32,957 nt of DNA from Caldimonas sp. Lineage in GTDB: Bacteria; Pseudomonadota; Gammaproteobacteria; Burkholderiales; Burkholderiaceae_C. The DNA lies in assembly GCA_030150305.1 (NCBI GenBank), contig JASLGD010000567.1, forward strand, positions 1 through 32,957, in the 5' to 3' direction. Each line of letters begins with the position of its first letter. Within the stretch, counting starts at the first letter, position 1. Below are positions 1-10,500 of the stretch, piece after piece. The position numbers and the translations under genes are program-made. The notes below the pieces were generated by a model, which saw nothing but the letters and a program-made list of their open reading frames with translations, made no database searches and was not told the origin of the DNA.

Positions 1-2
1 CG

Positions 3-1220
3 GTCGATGTGCGCAGCCTCTCGCTCGCCGTGCTCGCGGTGCTCGCATCGATCTTCGCGCTGCAGTGGGCGCGGCCGATCCTGGTGCCGATCCTGCTCGG
101 CGCGATGTTCAGCTACGCGCTCACTCCCGCGGTCGACCGGCTGCAGCGCTGGCGGCTGCCGCGTCCGCTCGGCGCGACGCTCGTCGTCGGCGGCGCGATC
201 GCGATCGTGCTCTGGGGCATCAGCGCGCTCGCCGACGACGCGACGACGATGATCGAGAACCTTCCGCTCGCCGCGCAGAAGCTGCGGCGCACGGTCGAGG
301 GCCACAAGGCCGGCGGGCTGCCGATCGACAAGGTGCAGCAGGCCGCGGCCGAGCTCGAGCAGGCAGCGCACGCGGCCGAGGCGGCGGCGGCGTCGACTGC
401 AGCATCGGCCGCGGCTTCCACCGCCGCGTCGGCAGCGGCATCGGCGGCGAAAGCCGACGCCGCGCGACCGCGGGCCGCGAACGCGCGCGAGCCGCGCAAT
501 CCCGGCACGCTCGAGCCGATCGTCGTGCAGCCGTCGCGCGGGGTGACGCACGTGGTCGTCGAGCGGCCGGGGTTCAGCGTCCGCGAGTACCTCTGGTCGG
601 GAACGATCGGCGTCTTCGTCTTCCTCGGCCAGGTCGCGATCGTCCTCTTCGTCACCTTGTTCCTGCTCGCGTCGGGCGACACGTTCCGCCGCAAGATGGT
701 CAAGCTCGCGGGACCGCGTCTCAGCCAGAAGAAGATCACGGTGCAGGCGCTCGACGAAGTCAGCGTGCAGATCCAGCGCTACCTGCTCGTCACGCTCGCG
801 ACGAGCGTCGTCCTCGGCGTCGCGGCGGGAATCGTGTTCCACCTGCTCGGCCTCAACAACGCGGCGGTCTGGGGCGTCGCCGCCGGCGTCACCAACCTGA
901 TCCCGTACCTCGGCGCGCTCGTGCTCGGCTTCGGATCGGCGCTCGCCGGCTTCATCCAGTTCGACAGCATCGAGCAGGCGCTCCTCGTCGGCGCGAGCAC
1001 GTTCGCGCTGCACGGCGTCATCGGCAACCTGCTGACGCCATGGTGGACCGGACGCGCGAGCCGCATGAGCCCGTTCGCGGTGTTCGTCGGCGTGCTCGCG
1101 TTCGGCTGGCTGTGGGGGCCCGCCGGGCTCATCCTCGGCACGCCGATCCTGATGGTCACCAAGACCGTCTGCGACCACGTCGAAGAGCTGCGGCCGGTCG
1201 GTGAATTCCTCGGCGCCTGA
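3..1220 (+). CDS. AI-2E (PerM/YhhT) family transporter, 5' end outside window
   Basis: Multi-TM protein with family-typical segments (PILVPILLGAMFSYALTP, QIQRYL, NLIPYLG, GWLWGPAGLILGTP). The frame is open to the window edge (GTC GAT GTG), so the true start is probably upstream. Confidence 0.88.
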   Translation, partial: VDVRSLSLAVLAVLASIFALQWARPILVPILLGAMFSYALTPAVDRLQRWRLPRPLGATLVVGGAIAIVLWGISALADDATTMIENLPLAAQKLRRTVEGHKAGGLPIDKVQQAAAELEQAAHAAEAAAASTAASAAASTAASAAASAAKADAARPRAANAREPRNPGTLEPIVVQPSRGVTHVVVERPGFSVREYLWSGTIGVFVFLGQVAIVLFVTLFLLASGDTFRRKMVKLAGPRLSQKKITVQALDEVSVQIQRYLLVTLATSVVLGVAAGIVFHLLGLNNAAVWGVAAGVTNLIPYLGALVLGFGSALAGFIQFDSIEQALLVGASTFALHGVIGNLLTPWWTGRASRMSPFAVFVGVLAFGWLWGPAGLILGTPILMVTKTVCDHVEELRPVGEFLGA

Positions 1221-1223
1221 CCG

Positions 1224-2687
1224 CTACGGCGCAGGCTCCGCCGGTCCCGACCGCGCAAGTCGCCAGACCAGCGCGCCGAGCGCCGCGACGCCGACGACGA
1301 GCACGGCCCAGAGCAGCCACGGGCGCAGGCGCGCCAGGCGCGCGGCGTCGTCGGCGGCGCGCGCGGCGTCGGCGTCGAGCACGAAGTCACCGAGCGTCGC
1401 CCGGCCGAAGCGTGCCCGCTCGCTCTCGAGCTGCGGCACGACCATCGCGATCGGCAGCGCGGCGGGCGGCGCGGCGGCCGACCCGGTGAGCAAGCGAAAC
1501 GGCGGCTCGCCCTGCGTCGCGAAGACGAGCGTCGCGAGCGACGCGTGAACGACGAGCCGGACGCTCGCGGGGTCGAGCGCGGCGGCGCGCTCGTCGGGAA
1601 CGACGCGCACGAAGCGCAACCACGCCGGCAGCGCGACCGCGGGCGACGTCGCGACGTCGTTGCCGCGCTCGAGCCGATAGAAGACGGCGCCGCCGAGCTC
1701 GCGCCAAGGCCGGTCGGCGCGCGTGCGGCCGTAGAGACGCACCGGCGCGACGTGCGTCCCCGACGTGAAGCGGAGATCGGCGTCCAGGATCGGCATCGCA
1801 CCGCCGAGATCGAACTCGATCGCGCGCCGCGCAGACGGATCGGACGCAGCCGCGCTCGCCGGCGCGCTCGCGCTCGACGTCAGCTCGCGCGCCGGCTCGA
1901 CCGCGACCTCGCGTCGCGCCGCGACGACGACGGTCGCGCCGGTGACGAGCGGCGCGACCGCAGCATCGGACCAGACCAGGCGAACGAATCGGCCGGGCGC
2001 AGCGAGCCCGACGATCGGCTGCGTCAGCGCTCCGGCCGCCGACTGCAGCGCCATCAGCTGGCCGCTGCCGGCGCTGCGCCATTGGCGCAGGTCGTCGCTC
2101 GTCTCGACGGTGTACGTCGCCGTGAACTCCGCCGGCCCCGACCAGCGCAGGCGCAAGCTTCGCGGCGGCGGATCGCCGGGCTGCGTCTCGCCGCTGTCGA
2201 TCAGCCAGCCGCCCGATTCGCGCACCGGCGTCGCGACGTTCGCTTCGCCGCCACGACGGTGGACGCTGATGCGGTCGCCTTCGACGACGACGTCGACCGG
2301 CGAAGGCCACACGCCCGCGGCGCTCGGCCGCGGCGGCAGCGGATACAGCCTCGCCTCGCGCACCTGCTCGCTCGTGCGCACGGTCGCGCGCGACGGCAGC
2401 AACGCGAACGGCACGCGCTCGCCGCGCGCATCGACGATGCGCAGGTCGCGCAGCTCGTCCTGCTCGGCGTGCGCGTACGCCGCGGGCGGCAGCGCGAGCT
2501 CGACGAAGGGTGCCGGTGCCTCGATCGCGATCGGCGCGCGGTAGCGATACGGCGCGGGCTCCGCGCCGGCGGCGAGCGCGATGGCCGGCGCGAACGCGAG
2601 GATGACGAGCGCGCGGACGACGCCGGCGGCGCGGCTGCGGGCGAGGTCGCGCCGCTGCACGGCGCCGTCGCAATCACGCCGCGACAC
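1224..2687 (-). CDS. DUF3999-like exported protein with C-terminal membrane anchor
   Basis: Signal-like N-terminus, DLRIVDARGERVPFA segment, and C-terminal TM LLWAVLVVGVAALGALVWRL. AAGGAG RBS before the GTG; overlaps the DUF2339 gene end by 14 nt. Confidence 0.72.
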   Translation of the reverse strand: MSRRDCDGAVQRRDLARSRAAGVVRALVILAFAPAIALAAGAEPAPYRYRAPIAIEAPAPFVELALPPAAYAHAEQDELRDLRIVDARGERVPFALLPSRATVRTSEQVREARLYPLPPRPSAAGVWPSPVDVVVEGDRISVHRRGGEANVATPVRESGGWLIDSGETQPGDPPPRSLRLRWSGPAEFTATYTVETSDDLRQWRSAGSGQLMALQSAAGALTQPIVGLAAPGRFVRLVWSDAAVAPLVTGATVVVAARREVAVEPARELTSSASAPASAAASDPSARRAIEFDLGGAMPILDADLRFTSGTHVAPVRLYGRTRADRPWRELGGAVFYRLERGNDVATSPAVALPAWLRFVRVVPDERAAALDPASVRLVVHASLATLVFATQGEPPFRLLTGSAAAPPAALPIAMVVPQLESERARFGRATLGDFVLDADAARAADDAARLARLRPWLLWAVLVVGVAALGALVWRLARSGPAEPAP

Positions 2688-5499
2688 GGCGCGACTCCTT
2701 GGCAGGCAGCGGGGCGACGTAGCCGATGACGAGCATGAGGATGCCGACTCCGATGAACGAGACGATGCGGGTGACGCTGCCGCTGCCGGAGAGATCGACG
2801 AGCAGCAGCTTGGCGACGACCGCGGCGAGCAGCGACGCGCCCGCGACCCACGGCACGCGCACGCCGCGCGATGCGGCCAGCCACATCGCGACGAGCGCGA
2901 TCGCCGTCCACAGCAACGTGATCCCGGTCTGCACCGCGAGCGAGGCGATCCACGCGTCGACGTGGTAGGGAACGCCGGCGTAATGGTGGAAGCCGCGCAC
3001 GAGCATCGCGTTCAGCCACACGAACGCCGCCGCGGCCGTCATCGCGATCGACCAGCGCTCGAGCCGCGCTGCGCTCTTCAGCCAGAGCACGATCGCGGCG
3101 AGCGCGATGCCGACGCCGATGTCGAGCGGATTGAGGAGCGGGACGTGCGGCAGCGGCGCTGCCGAGCCGTCGGACGCGACGTTGGCGACGATCGTCCACA
3201 GCCAGAGCCCGGCGGCGAGCGCGGCCGCGGCGCTGACGCGGTACGCCTCGGGCAGCGTGCGCACCGGCCAGATGCGCGCCGTCGCGGCGCGCGGCAGGAC
3301 GAGGAGCAACACTGCGGGAGCGACCAGCCAGCCGAGCCACGGCCATGCGCTCGCGGCGTCGCCCCAGCGTGCGGTCGCGGCGCGTCCGAGCAGCGCACCG
3401 ACGAGCGCGAGCGTGACGACGCCGAGCGCGTGGTCGACGTGCTCGACGGCTCGTGGCCATGCCGGCGACGCCAGCCGCAGCACGACGGCATGGACGGCGA
3501 ACGCGAGCGGCCACGCCCACCAGCCGCCGTTCGCGAACGGATTCGCGAGCATCGCCGCCGTGACGAGCGCGAACACGAACGCGATCGCGACATGGGCGAG
3601 CGTCGGCCAGGCGATCGCGCTCCACGCGAGCCTGCGCGCGAGCGCGGCGTAGACGGCGGCGACGACGCTCGCCGCGGCGAGCGACGCGGCGACGAAGAAG
3701 CGTGCCGGCGTGAAGGCATCGATCTCGATCGCGGCGGTGGCGACGAGCCACGCGGTGGCAACGCCGATCAGCAGCGGCTCGCACGCGTCCTCGCCTTGGC
3801 CGAGCGCGCCGGCGCGCCCCGCGCGCTCGACGAACAGCGCGGCCGCGAGCGACGCCGCGGCGGCCATCAGCCCGTTGAAGAGGTACACGTTGAGCACCGC
3901 GGTCGGCGCCCCGTAACGCAAGTGGCCGACCAGCATCGAGACGGCGGCGATCGCGAGCAGGAGGTAGCCGAAGACGCGCGGCACGGCGCGGCGCTGGCGA
4001 AAGCCGATCCACACGAGCCCCGCGCCTTCGAGCGTCCATGCGCCGGCGGTGCTGCGCTCGTCGAGCGCGAACGGGATCACGAGCGTGAGGAAGACGGTCG
4101 CGATCGCGAGCGTCGCCTCGAACGTGATCCCGAGCTCGGGCCGCCTGCGCATCCAGGTCGCGAGGACGACGTAGAACGCGGCGAGCGCGAGCGCCGCCAG
4201 CGCCGCGCCGTACGGCGTCTCGCGCACGAGCCCGTACTCGAGGGCGAAGACGATCGTCGGCAGGCCGAACAGGAGGCTGCTGTTGACCCACGCGTCGCGC
4301 TGCCGCGCCGGTGCATCGCTCGCGGGCTGCGCCGCCAGGCGGCGCGCCGGCAGCACGAGGATGACGACGAAGAGGAGGAAGAACGCGATCAGGAACGCCT
4401 GGCTGGTCGCGTAGTCGGCGGGGCGGTATTGCAGGACGCCCCACGCGGTCGCGACGAGGAAGGTGGCGACGAAGCCGACCAGGTTGAGCAGCCGCCACGT
4501 CTTCGACCAGGCGACCAGCGCGATGCCGGCGTCGAGCACGAGGTAGTACGTGAAGAGCGCGACGTAATTGCTCGACCCGGTCGAGACGATGAGCGGAGTC
4601 GCGAAGCCGCCGAGCGCGCCGACGACGGCGAGCGCGCGCGCGTCCTGCAGCACCGCGAGCGCGGCGGCGAGCGCAGCGACTGCGACCATCAGGACGAACG
4701 CCGGCACCGCGCCGAGCACGCCGTAGTAGCGAAACGCGGCGAACAGGGTCAGATAGAGCACCGCGACCGCGCCCCCCTGCAGCACCTGCGCGTAGTCCGG
4801 GCGCTTGAGGCGCAGGCGCCAGCCGAAGCCGAGCAGCGCGATGGCCGCCGCGCCGATCGCCGCGAGCCGGAACTCGACCGGCAATCGGGCGTGCTCCGCC
4901 GCGTACTTGGCGAGGAACGCGAGCCCGACGAACAGGATCCCGACGCCGACCTTGACGATCGTGTTGCCGCCGAACAGCCACTGCCGCACAGGGGCGAACA
5001 CATCGCTCGGCGGCGTGACGCGAAGGCCATCGCGAACGCCGCCCGCGCGTGCCGAGGCGCCAGCCGCTTCGCCGAGCGACGCCTCGCTCGCGACCGCCGT
5101 CGCGTCGATGGCAGCGGGCGCTGCCGCGGGCGTCGTCGGCCCGGCGGCGAGCATCGTCGGTGCGGCGGTAAGCGACGCAGGCGGCGCGAGCGGGGTCGCC
5201 TCGTGCGCTTCGATCGAAGCGACTGCCCCGGCCCGGATCGCGGCGTCGGAAGGCGCCTGCGCCGCGCGGGCGAAGGCCGCGTCTTCGTCGGAGCGAATCC
5301 TGGAGTCTTCTGCGAGCGCGCGCTCGGTCGACGTCGCAGGCGCGACGTCGGCGCGCTTGCGCAGCGCCTCGATCTCGCGCTGTTGCCGCAGCGAGCGCAC
5401 GACCAGCCAGCCGAACAACGCACCGGCGAGCGCGCCGGTTTCTCCGCTCGCGGCAGCGCCGACGAGGGCGCCGACGATGATCGCGATCAGCAGCACCAT
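2674..5499 (-). CDS. DUF2339 family large integral membrane protein
   Basis: 941 aa; Ala/Pro-rich linker then WLFGGNTIVKVGVGILFVGLAFL; many TMs; C-terminal KLLLVDL...RIVSFIGVGILMLVIGYVAPLP; GGAG RBS. Confidence 0.88.
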   Translation of the reverse strand: MVLLIAIIVGALVGAAASGETGALAGALFGWLVVRSLRQQREIEALRKRADVAPATSTERALAEDSRIRSDEDAAFARAAQAPSDAAIRAGAVASIEAHEATPLAPPASLTAAPTMLAAGPTTPAAAPAAIDATAVASEASLGEAAGASARAGGVRDGLRVTPPSDVFAPVRQWLFGGNTIVKVGVGILFVGLAFLAKYAAEHARLPVEFRLAAIGAAAIALLGFGWRLRLKRPDYAQVLQGGAVAVLYLTLFAAFRYYGVLGAVPAFVLMVAVAALAAALAVLQDARALAVVGALGGFATPLIVSTGSSNYVALFTYYLVLDAGIALVAWSKTWRLLNLVGFVATFLVATAWGVLQYRPADYATSQAFLIAFFLLFVVILVLPARRLAAQPASDAPARQRDAWVNSSLLFGLPTIVFALEYGLVRETPYGAALAALALAAFYVVLATWMRRRPELGITFEATLAIATVFLTLVIPFALDERSTAGAWTLEGAGLVWIGFRQRRAVPRVFGYLLLAIAAVSMLVGHLRYGAPTAVLNVYLFNGLMAAAASLAAALFVERAGRAGALGQGEDACEPLLIGVATAWLVATAAIEIDAFTPARFFVAASLAAASVVAAVYAALARRLAWSAIAWPTLAHVAIAFVFALVTAAMLANPFANGGWWAWPLAFAVHAVVLRLASPAWPRAVEHVDHALGVVTLALVGALLGRAATARWGDAASAWPWLGWLVAPAVLLLVLPRAATARIWPVRTLPEAYRVSAAAALAAGLWLWTIVANVASDGSAAPLPHVPLLNPLDIGVGIALAAIVLWLKSAARLERWSIAMTAAAAFVWLNAMLVRGFHHYAGVPYHVDAWIASLAVQTGITLLWTAIALVAMWLAASRGVRVPWVAGASLLAAVVAKLLLVDLSGSGSVTRIVSFIGVGILMLVIGYVAPLPAKESRRVAA

Positions 5500-5526
5500 G
5501 GGGTCTCCCCGAGTTGGCTGCGGCGC

Positions 5527-5535
5527 ACTCTAGCA
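5527..5535 (-). promoter_or_regulatory. Putative extended -10 (TG-C-TAGAGT) for DUF2339-DUF3999
   Basis: Minus strand reads TGCTAGAGT about 28 nt upstream of the ATG at 5499. Confidence 0.4.
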
Positions 5536-5633
5536 GCGGGGTCGCAGCGCAAACGCCCGCTCACGGGGGAACGGACGTGCCGCTCGTGCAAGTCGCCACG
5601 AACGCGACCGCCGGTAGCTCGGCGCGCGACCGC

Positions 5634-6725
5634 TCAGCGGCAGTCGACGCGGACGATCTTGCCGACGAGCCCGAGCGATTGCGTCATGACGTCGCCGAAG
5701 AACTCGGTGTCGCTGACGAACGAGAGCGAGCCGGCGAGACGGAAGCGGTTCACCGACTGCGGGTGCCCGCGCACGTTCATGAACGTGAGGCGCCGCTTGT
5801 CGCTGCCGTCGACGTTCATGATCCACCAGTCGGCGCCTTGCAGCTGGAACGCGAAGACGTCGGCTCCGCTCCCGGTCATGTAGACGATGCTCCTGCCGTC
5901 CGGCGTGAACGTCGGCGCCTGCGCGAGGCTCTCCGTCGTGAGCTCCCGGATCGCGCCGCTCTCGACGTCCATCGTGTAGATGCGCGACGCGAACAGGTTC
6001 TTCGAGACGAAGGTGCTGTAGAACGCGATCGTGCGGTTGTCGCTCGCGATCGACTCGACCTCGCCGCCCTGCTCGACGCCGCCCGGCACGATGCTGCGCA
6101 CGTTCTCGAGGTGCGGCTCCGGCGCGAGGACGAAGTCGGCGACCTTGAAGACGTACGCGCCGGCGAACAGGTTCAGATCCCAGAGGCGCGGCGCGCGCAC
6201 GCGCTCGGTCCACACGAACTTGGTGCCGTCGGGCGAGAACGCCGCGTGGGTGATCGCGTGGTCGTAGCCGTCGGGCAGCGCGTAGATCTTCCACGCCGCG
6301 CCGCCGTCGCGGCGCACGATCCAGTAGTCGGTGTACGCGCCGTAGCCCGGGATCGCGTCGACCGAGCTGCGCGCGTGCTCGTTCTGCTCGACGAGCATCG
6401 CGAGCAGCTCGCCGCGCGGGTGCCACGCCGCCGGGAACTGGTGCCGATCGTCGCGCCACGCCGGCGCGGCAATGCGGCGCTCGTTGCCGCCGTCGGCGTC
6501 GGCGAGGTACGCGTGGTAGTGGCCGTCGGCTTGCGGCCGGCCGTAGGCGATCGTCCGCGTCGCCGCGTTCCACTTGGCGCCGATGCGGCCGTCGTTGCCG
6601 AAGTCGACCAGGCGCGCCGGTCCGCGGCACGCTTGGCTCGCGGCGTCGTCGGCGACGGACTCGGGCGCGATCGCCGCCAGCACGCACGCGATCGCCGCGG
6701 CGGCGCCGCCGAGCGCACGCGCCAT
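5634..6725 (-). CDS. Exported TolB-like / PD40 beta-propeller protein (363 aa)
   Basis: Likely ATG at 6725 overlapping the nitrilase stop (TGATG). Signal peptide MARALGGAAAAIACVLAAIA; blade motifs AAWHPRG, AAFSPDG, PTFTPDG, MNVDGS. Confidence 0.75.
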   Translation of the reverse strand: MARALGGAAAAIACVLAAIAPESVADDAASQACRGPARLVDFGNDGRIGAKWNAATRTIAYGRPQADGHYHAYLADADGGNERRIAAPAWRDDRHQFPAAWHPRGELLAMLVEQNEHARSSVDAIPGYGAYTDYWIVRRDGGAAWKIYALPDGYDHAITHAAFSPDGTKFVWTERVRAPRLWDLNLFAGAYVFKVADFVLAPEPHLENVRSIVPGGVEQGGEVESIASDNRTIAFYSTFVSKNLFASRIYTMDVESGAIRELTTESLAQAPTFTPDGRSIVYMTGSGADVFAFQLQGADWWIMNVDGSDKRRLTFMNVRGHPQSVNRFRLAGSLSFVSDTEFFGDVMTQSLGLVGKIVRVDCR

Positions 6726-7549
6726 CAGAAGACGAGGCGGTGCTCGAGCGCGGGCAGTTGCCGGCGGACGTCGGCGATCCGCTCGCGTTCCATCGCGGCG
6801 ACGACGAAGCCTTCGCCTTCGTCGCTGCGGCACGCGACGACGACGCCCCACGGATCGACGACGAGGCTGTGGCCGAACGTGCGCCGGCCGTTCTCGTGCG
6901 TGCCACCCTGTGCGGCAGCGAGCACGTAGCACTGGTTCTCGATCGCGCGCGCGCGCAGCAGCACTTCCCAGTGCGCGCTTCCGGTCGTGTAGGTGAACGC
7001 CGAGGGCACCGAGAGCAGGTCGCACGGCGGCTTGGCGAGCGCGCGGTACAGCTCCGGGAAGCGCAGGTCGTAGCAGACGCTCAGGCCGACGCGCCAGCCG
7101 TCGGCATCGAACGCCGCCGGCGTGCGACCGGGCTGCAGCGTCCGGCCTTCGTCGTAGCGCTCGCGTCCGTTGTCGTACGCGAAGAGGTGCATCTTGTCGT
7201 AGCGCGCCGCGAGCTCGCCGCGCGGCGAGAAGACGAGGTTGGCGTTCATGACCCGATCGACGCTGTCGGTCGCCGCGTCGCCGTCGAGGCGCAACGGCAG
7301 CGTCCCGCCGATCAGCCACACCGCGTGCTCGCGCGCGATCGCCGCGAGCTCGCGCTGGATCGGCCCGTCGCCGGCGCGCTCGGCGATCGCCAGCTTGTCG
7401 CGATCGCTGCGGCCGAGGAAGCAGAAGTATTCCGGCAACGCGACGAGCTTCGCGCCTGCGGCGGCGGCCTCGCCGACGAGGCGGCGTGCCGCAGCGACGT
7501 TGCGATCGACGCTCGGCGTCGAGACCATCTGGACGGCGGCGATCTTCAT
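6725..7549 (-). CDS. Carbon-nitrogen hydrolase, Nit1/YbeM-like (deaminated glutathione amidase type)
   Basis: Catalytic triad motifs LPEYF (Glu), YDKMHLF (Lys), VCYDLRFPE (Cys); RARAIEN; usual position downstream of yhdP. Confidence 0.92.
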   Translation of the reverse strand: MKIAAVQMVSTPSVDRNVAAARRLVGEAAAAGAKLVALPEYFCFLGRSDRDKLAIAERAGDGPIQRELAAIAREHAVWLIGGTLPLRLDGDAATDSVDRVMNANLVFSPRGELAARYDKMHLFAYDNGRERYDEGRTLQPGRTPAAFDADGWRVGLSVCYDLRFPELYRALAKPPCDLLSVPSAFTYTTGSAHWEVLLRARAIENQCYVLAAAQGGTHENGRRTFGHSLVVDPWGVVVACRSDEGEGFVVAAMERERIADVRRQLPALEHRLVF

Positions 7550-7562
7550 GGCCAGGGTTCCT

Positions 7563-10500
7563 TCAGCGCGTCACCGCGGGCGCGGGCTCGGTCGTCGGCG
7601 CCGAGTCGGCGGTCGCCTCGCCGAGCGCGTTGCGCTCGACGCGGTCGACCTTGGGGTCGTCCCACGGCCCGGTGACGTGGAACTCGCGCGTGTTGGCCGC
7701 GATCAGCGGCTTGCGCAGGAAGTATTGCGCGAGGAAGGTGCCGAGGCCGATCGCGGGGTTGATGACCGCGAACGCCAGCGACGCGGTGCCCGCGTTGATC
7801 TCGGGGACGACGACGACGCGCAGGTCCTCGGTCTCGTTGACGATGTCGGCGCTGCCTTCCATCAGCACGGCGGCGGCAGCGCCGCGCATGCGCAGGTTGT
7901 TCGTCGACGCCTTGCCGTCGGCGATGCGGAAGTCGCCGACGACGTTGTCGAACGCGAAGCCCTCGGCGAACAGGTCGCGGAAGTCGAATTGCAGCCGGCG
8001 CGGCAGCGACTGCAGCGAGAGCACGCCCAGCAGGCGGCCGGCGCCCGGGCCGGCCTTGAGGAACTGGCCCGAGTCGATCGAGACCTTCACCTGTCCCGTC
8101 ATGCGCGGGTAGTCGGGCGAGAACGGCGAGCCCGGCCACGCGATGTCGCCGCTCAGCGTTCCCTTGCCACCGCGGATGACGCGGCCCATGCCGAGCCGCT
8201 CGAGCAGCGCGCCGCTGTCGGCGAGCGCGAGCGTGAAGCTCATCGCGGCGCGGCGCGGCGACGACGCGCCGCCGCCGGCGTCGCCCCACGTGCCGGTCGC
8301 GCTCAGCTGCGCTTCGGGCATCGTCAGGGCGAGCTTGGCGAGCTGCCACTCGCGCACGCCGTCGCGGTTGCCGACGTTGCGATTGACCGCCTCGATGTCG
8401 AGCCTGCCGAGGTTCTTGCCGCGCAGCTCGAACTCGTCGACGACGATGTCGAGCGCCGGGATCGTCGCCGGCTGCTCCTCGAGGAGGCTCTCGACGCGCT
8501 CGACTTCGCCCTTGGGCAGGTTGAGCCGCGCCAGCCGCGCGAAGACGCGGCCGGCGCCGCTCGCGCGCCGCGCCGGCCGGTACTCGAGGTAGCCGTCGAG
8601 CTCGTCGGCGCTGACGTTGGCGCGCCAGAGGTCGCCTTGCAGCGTCAGCCCTGCGGTGACGTTGGCGAGCTTGCGCGAGCCGACGACGAGCTCGGCGGCA
8701 CGCACGGCGATCGCGTCGGGAACGTAGCCGGCACCGCCGGAAGCATCGAAGACGAGCGGCGCCGCGCCGCCGCCGCGACCGCCGTCGCCCTGCATCCGCG
8801 CCAGCGCGCCCTGCCACGCCTCGACGTCGAGGCGCTTGACGGCGACGTTGGCGGCGACGCCAGTCGCGGGCAGCGGCAACACGTCGAGCGGATCGCCGGG
8901 CAGCGGATCGGCGACGCGCTCGGCCGGCACCGCGCGCGCATCGCCGACGCGGATCGCGCCGCGCACGACGCGCGTGCTGTCGCCGCTCGCCTCGCGGACG
9001 AAGTGCGCCTGCAGCGCTCCGCCGTAATCGACCTGCAGCGCTTCGCGCGACGCGCCGGCGGCGGATTCGGTCGACGACGACGCGGCGTCGTCGGGGACGG
9101 TGCGCACGCGCAGCGCCATCGGTTGCGTCGCGGCCTTGCCGAGCGGCGCCGGCAGGTCGACGCCGATGCCGACGAGATTCGTCGCGACGCTGATCTGCGG
9201 GCGGCCGGCGACGAACGCGAGCGTCGCGCGGTAGCTCGTTTGCCCGGAAGCGACCGCCGCCATCCGCGCCACGGTGCCGAGCTCGCTCGCCTGGCGCAGC
9301 CCGTCGGCCGTCGCGGTGCCGCGGCCGCTGAAGCGTTGGCTGTCGCCGCCGTTGAGGCCGGCGCTCGAGCCGCCCTCGAAGGCGAGGTCGCCGCCGAGCG
9401 CGTGCGCGCTGCCGCCGGTCACCGTGAAGCCGCGCTGCGAGAAATCGACGCGGCCCTTCGCTGCGGCGAGCAGCGGCGTGTCCGGCGACATCCGGACGTC
9501 GTTGCCGGCGAGGACGATGGTGCCGCGAACGGCGGTCTCGCTCGGCCGCGTCAGCGGAATGCCGAGCGCGAGCTTGAGCTCGGCCGAACCGGTCGCCGTC
9601 GCCGACGCGAGCGCGCGCCCGGTCCAGCGCCCGACCGGCGTCACGTCGACGAAGCGAAGCATGTCGGTGAGCGGGCCGAGCGCGTTGCCCTCGACCTCGA
9701 GGCGCGGCCTGCCCGCGAGGTCGCCGATCCGGCCCTGGATGCCGTTCCATTCGATGTTGCCGAGCTGCGCCTTCGCGTTCTTGATGTCGATCGTCGTGCG
9801 GTCGACGGCGAGCTCGCCGGCGCCGCGCGTCAGCGCCGGCCACGACTCGCGCGGCGCGGCCGACGCGGCGGCTTGCGGAGGCTCGTCGGGGATGTACGCG
9901 AACGTCAGGCCTTCGAACTTGGCGCCGATGCGGAAGTCGGCGTCGCGCGCGAGCTTCGGGTCGTGGAACGGGAAGTCGTAGAGGTCGCCGCGGATGCGGA
10001 CCGTCGCGCTCGTGATCGTTCCTTCGCGCACGGCAGCGCCGACGTAGCTGCGCACGCCCTCCGGCAGGCCGAGCGGCAGGTAGCGCGCCGTGCGCGCAGC
10101 GACGCCGTCGGCGAGGCGGCCGTCGAGCTCGAGGTGGCCGGGATAGCGGGCGCCGCGGCCGAAGCCGGTGCCGGGCCCGGAGCGCCAGGTCGCGCTCAGC
10201 TCGCCGCGTGCATCGGCGTTGGCGAAGGTCGCGCCGGCGACCTTGACGCTGATCCGCGGCGCCGCGTCGCTGCCCTCGCGTTCGAGCTTCCACGTGAGCT
10301 TGGCGTCGAGCAGATCGAGCGGCACCTCGCGCTCGGCGAAGACGCCGGGCAGGTCGAGCTTGCCGGCGCGCATGTCGATCCGCGCCTGGCCGCCGCTTTC
10401 GCTCGCGTCGAGCTGCAGCTCGGCATTGACGATGCCGGGACGGCCGAGGCCGTCGGGCTCGGGCGACGGCTTCGCAGCGAGCGAGAGCTCGCTCATGCGG

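Noticed and set aside
1224..1330. DUF3999 C-terminal TM as a GlyGly-CTERM rhombosortase substrate
   Set aside because: No GG motif before the TM and no terminal basic cluster.
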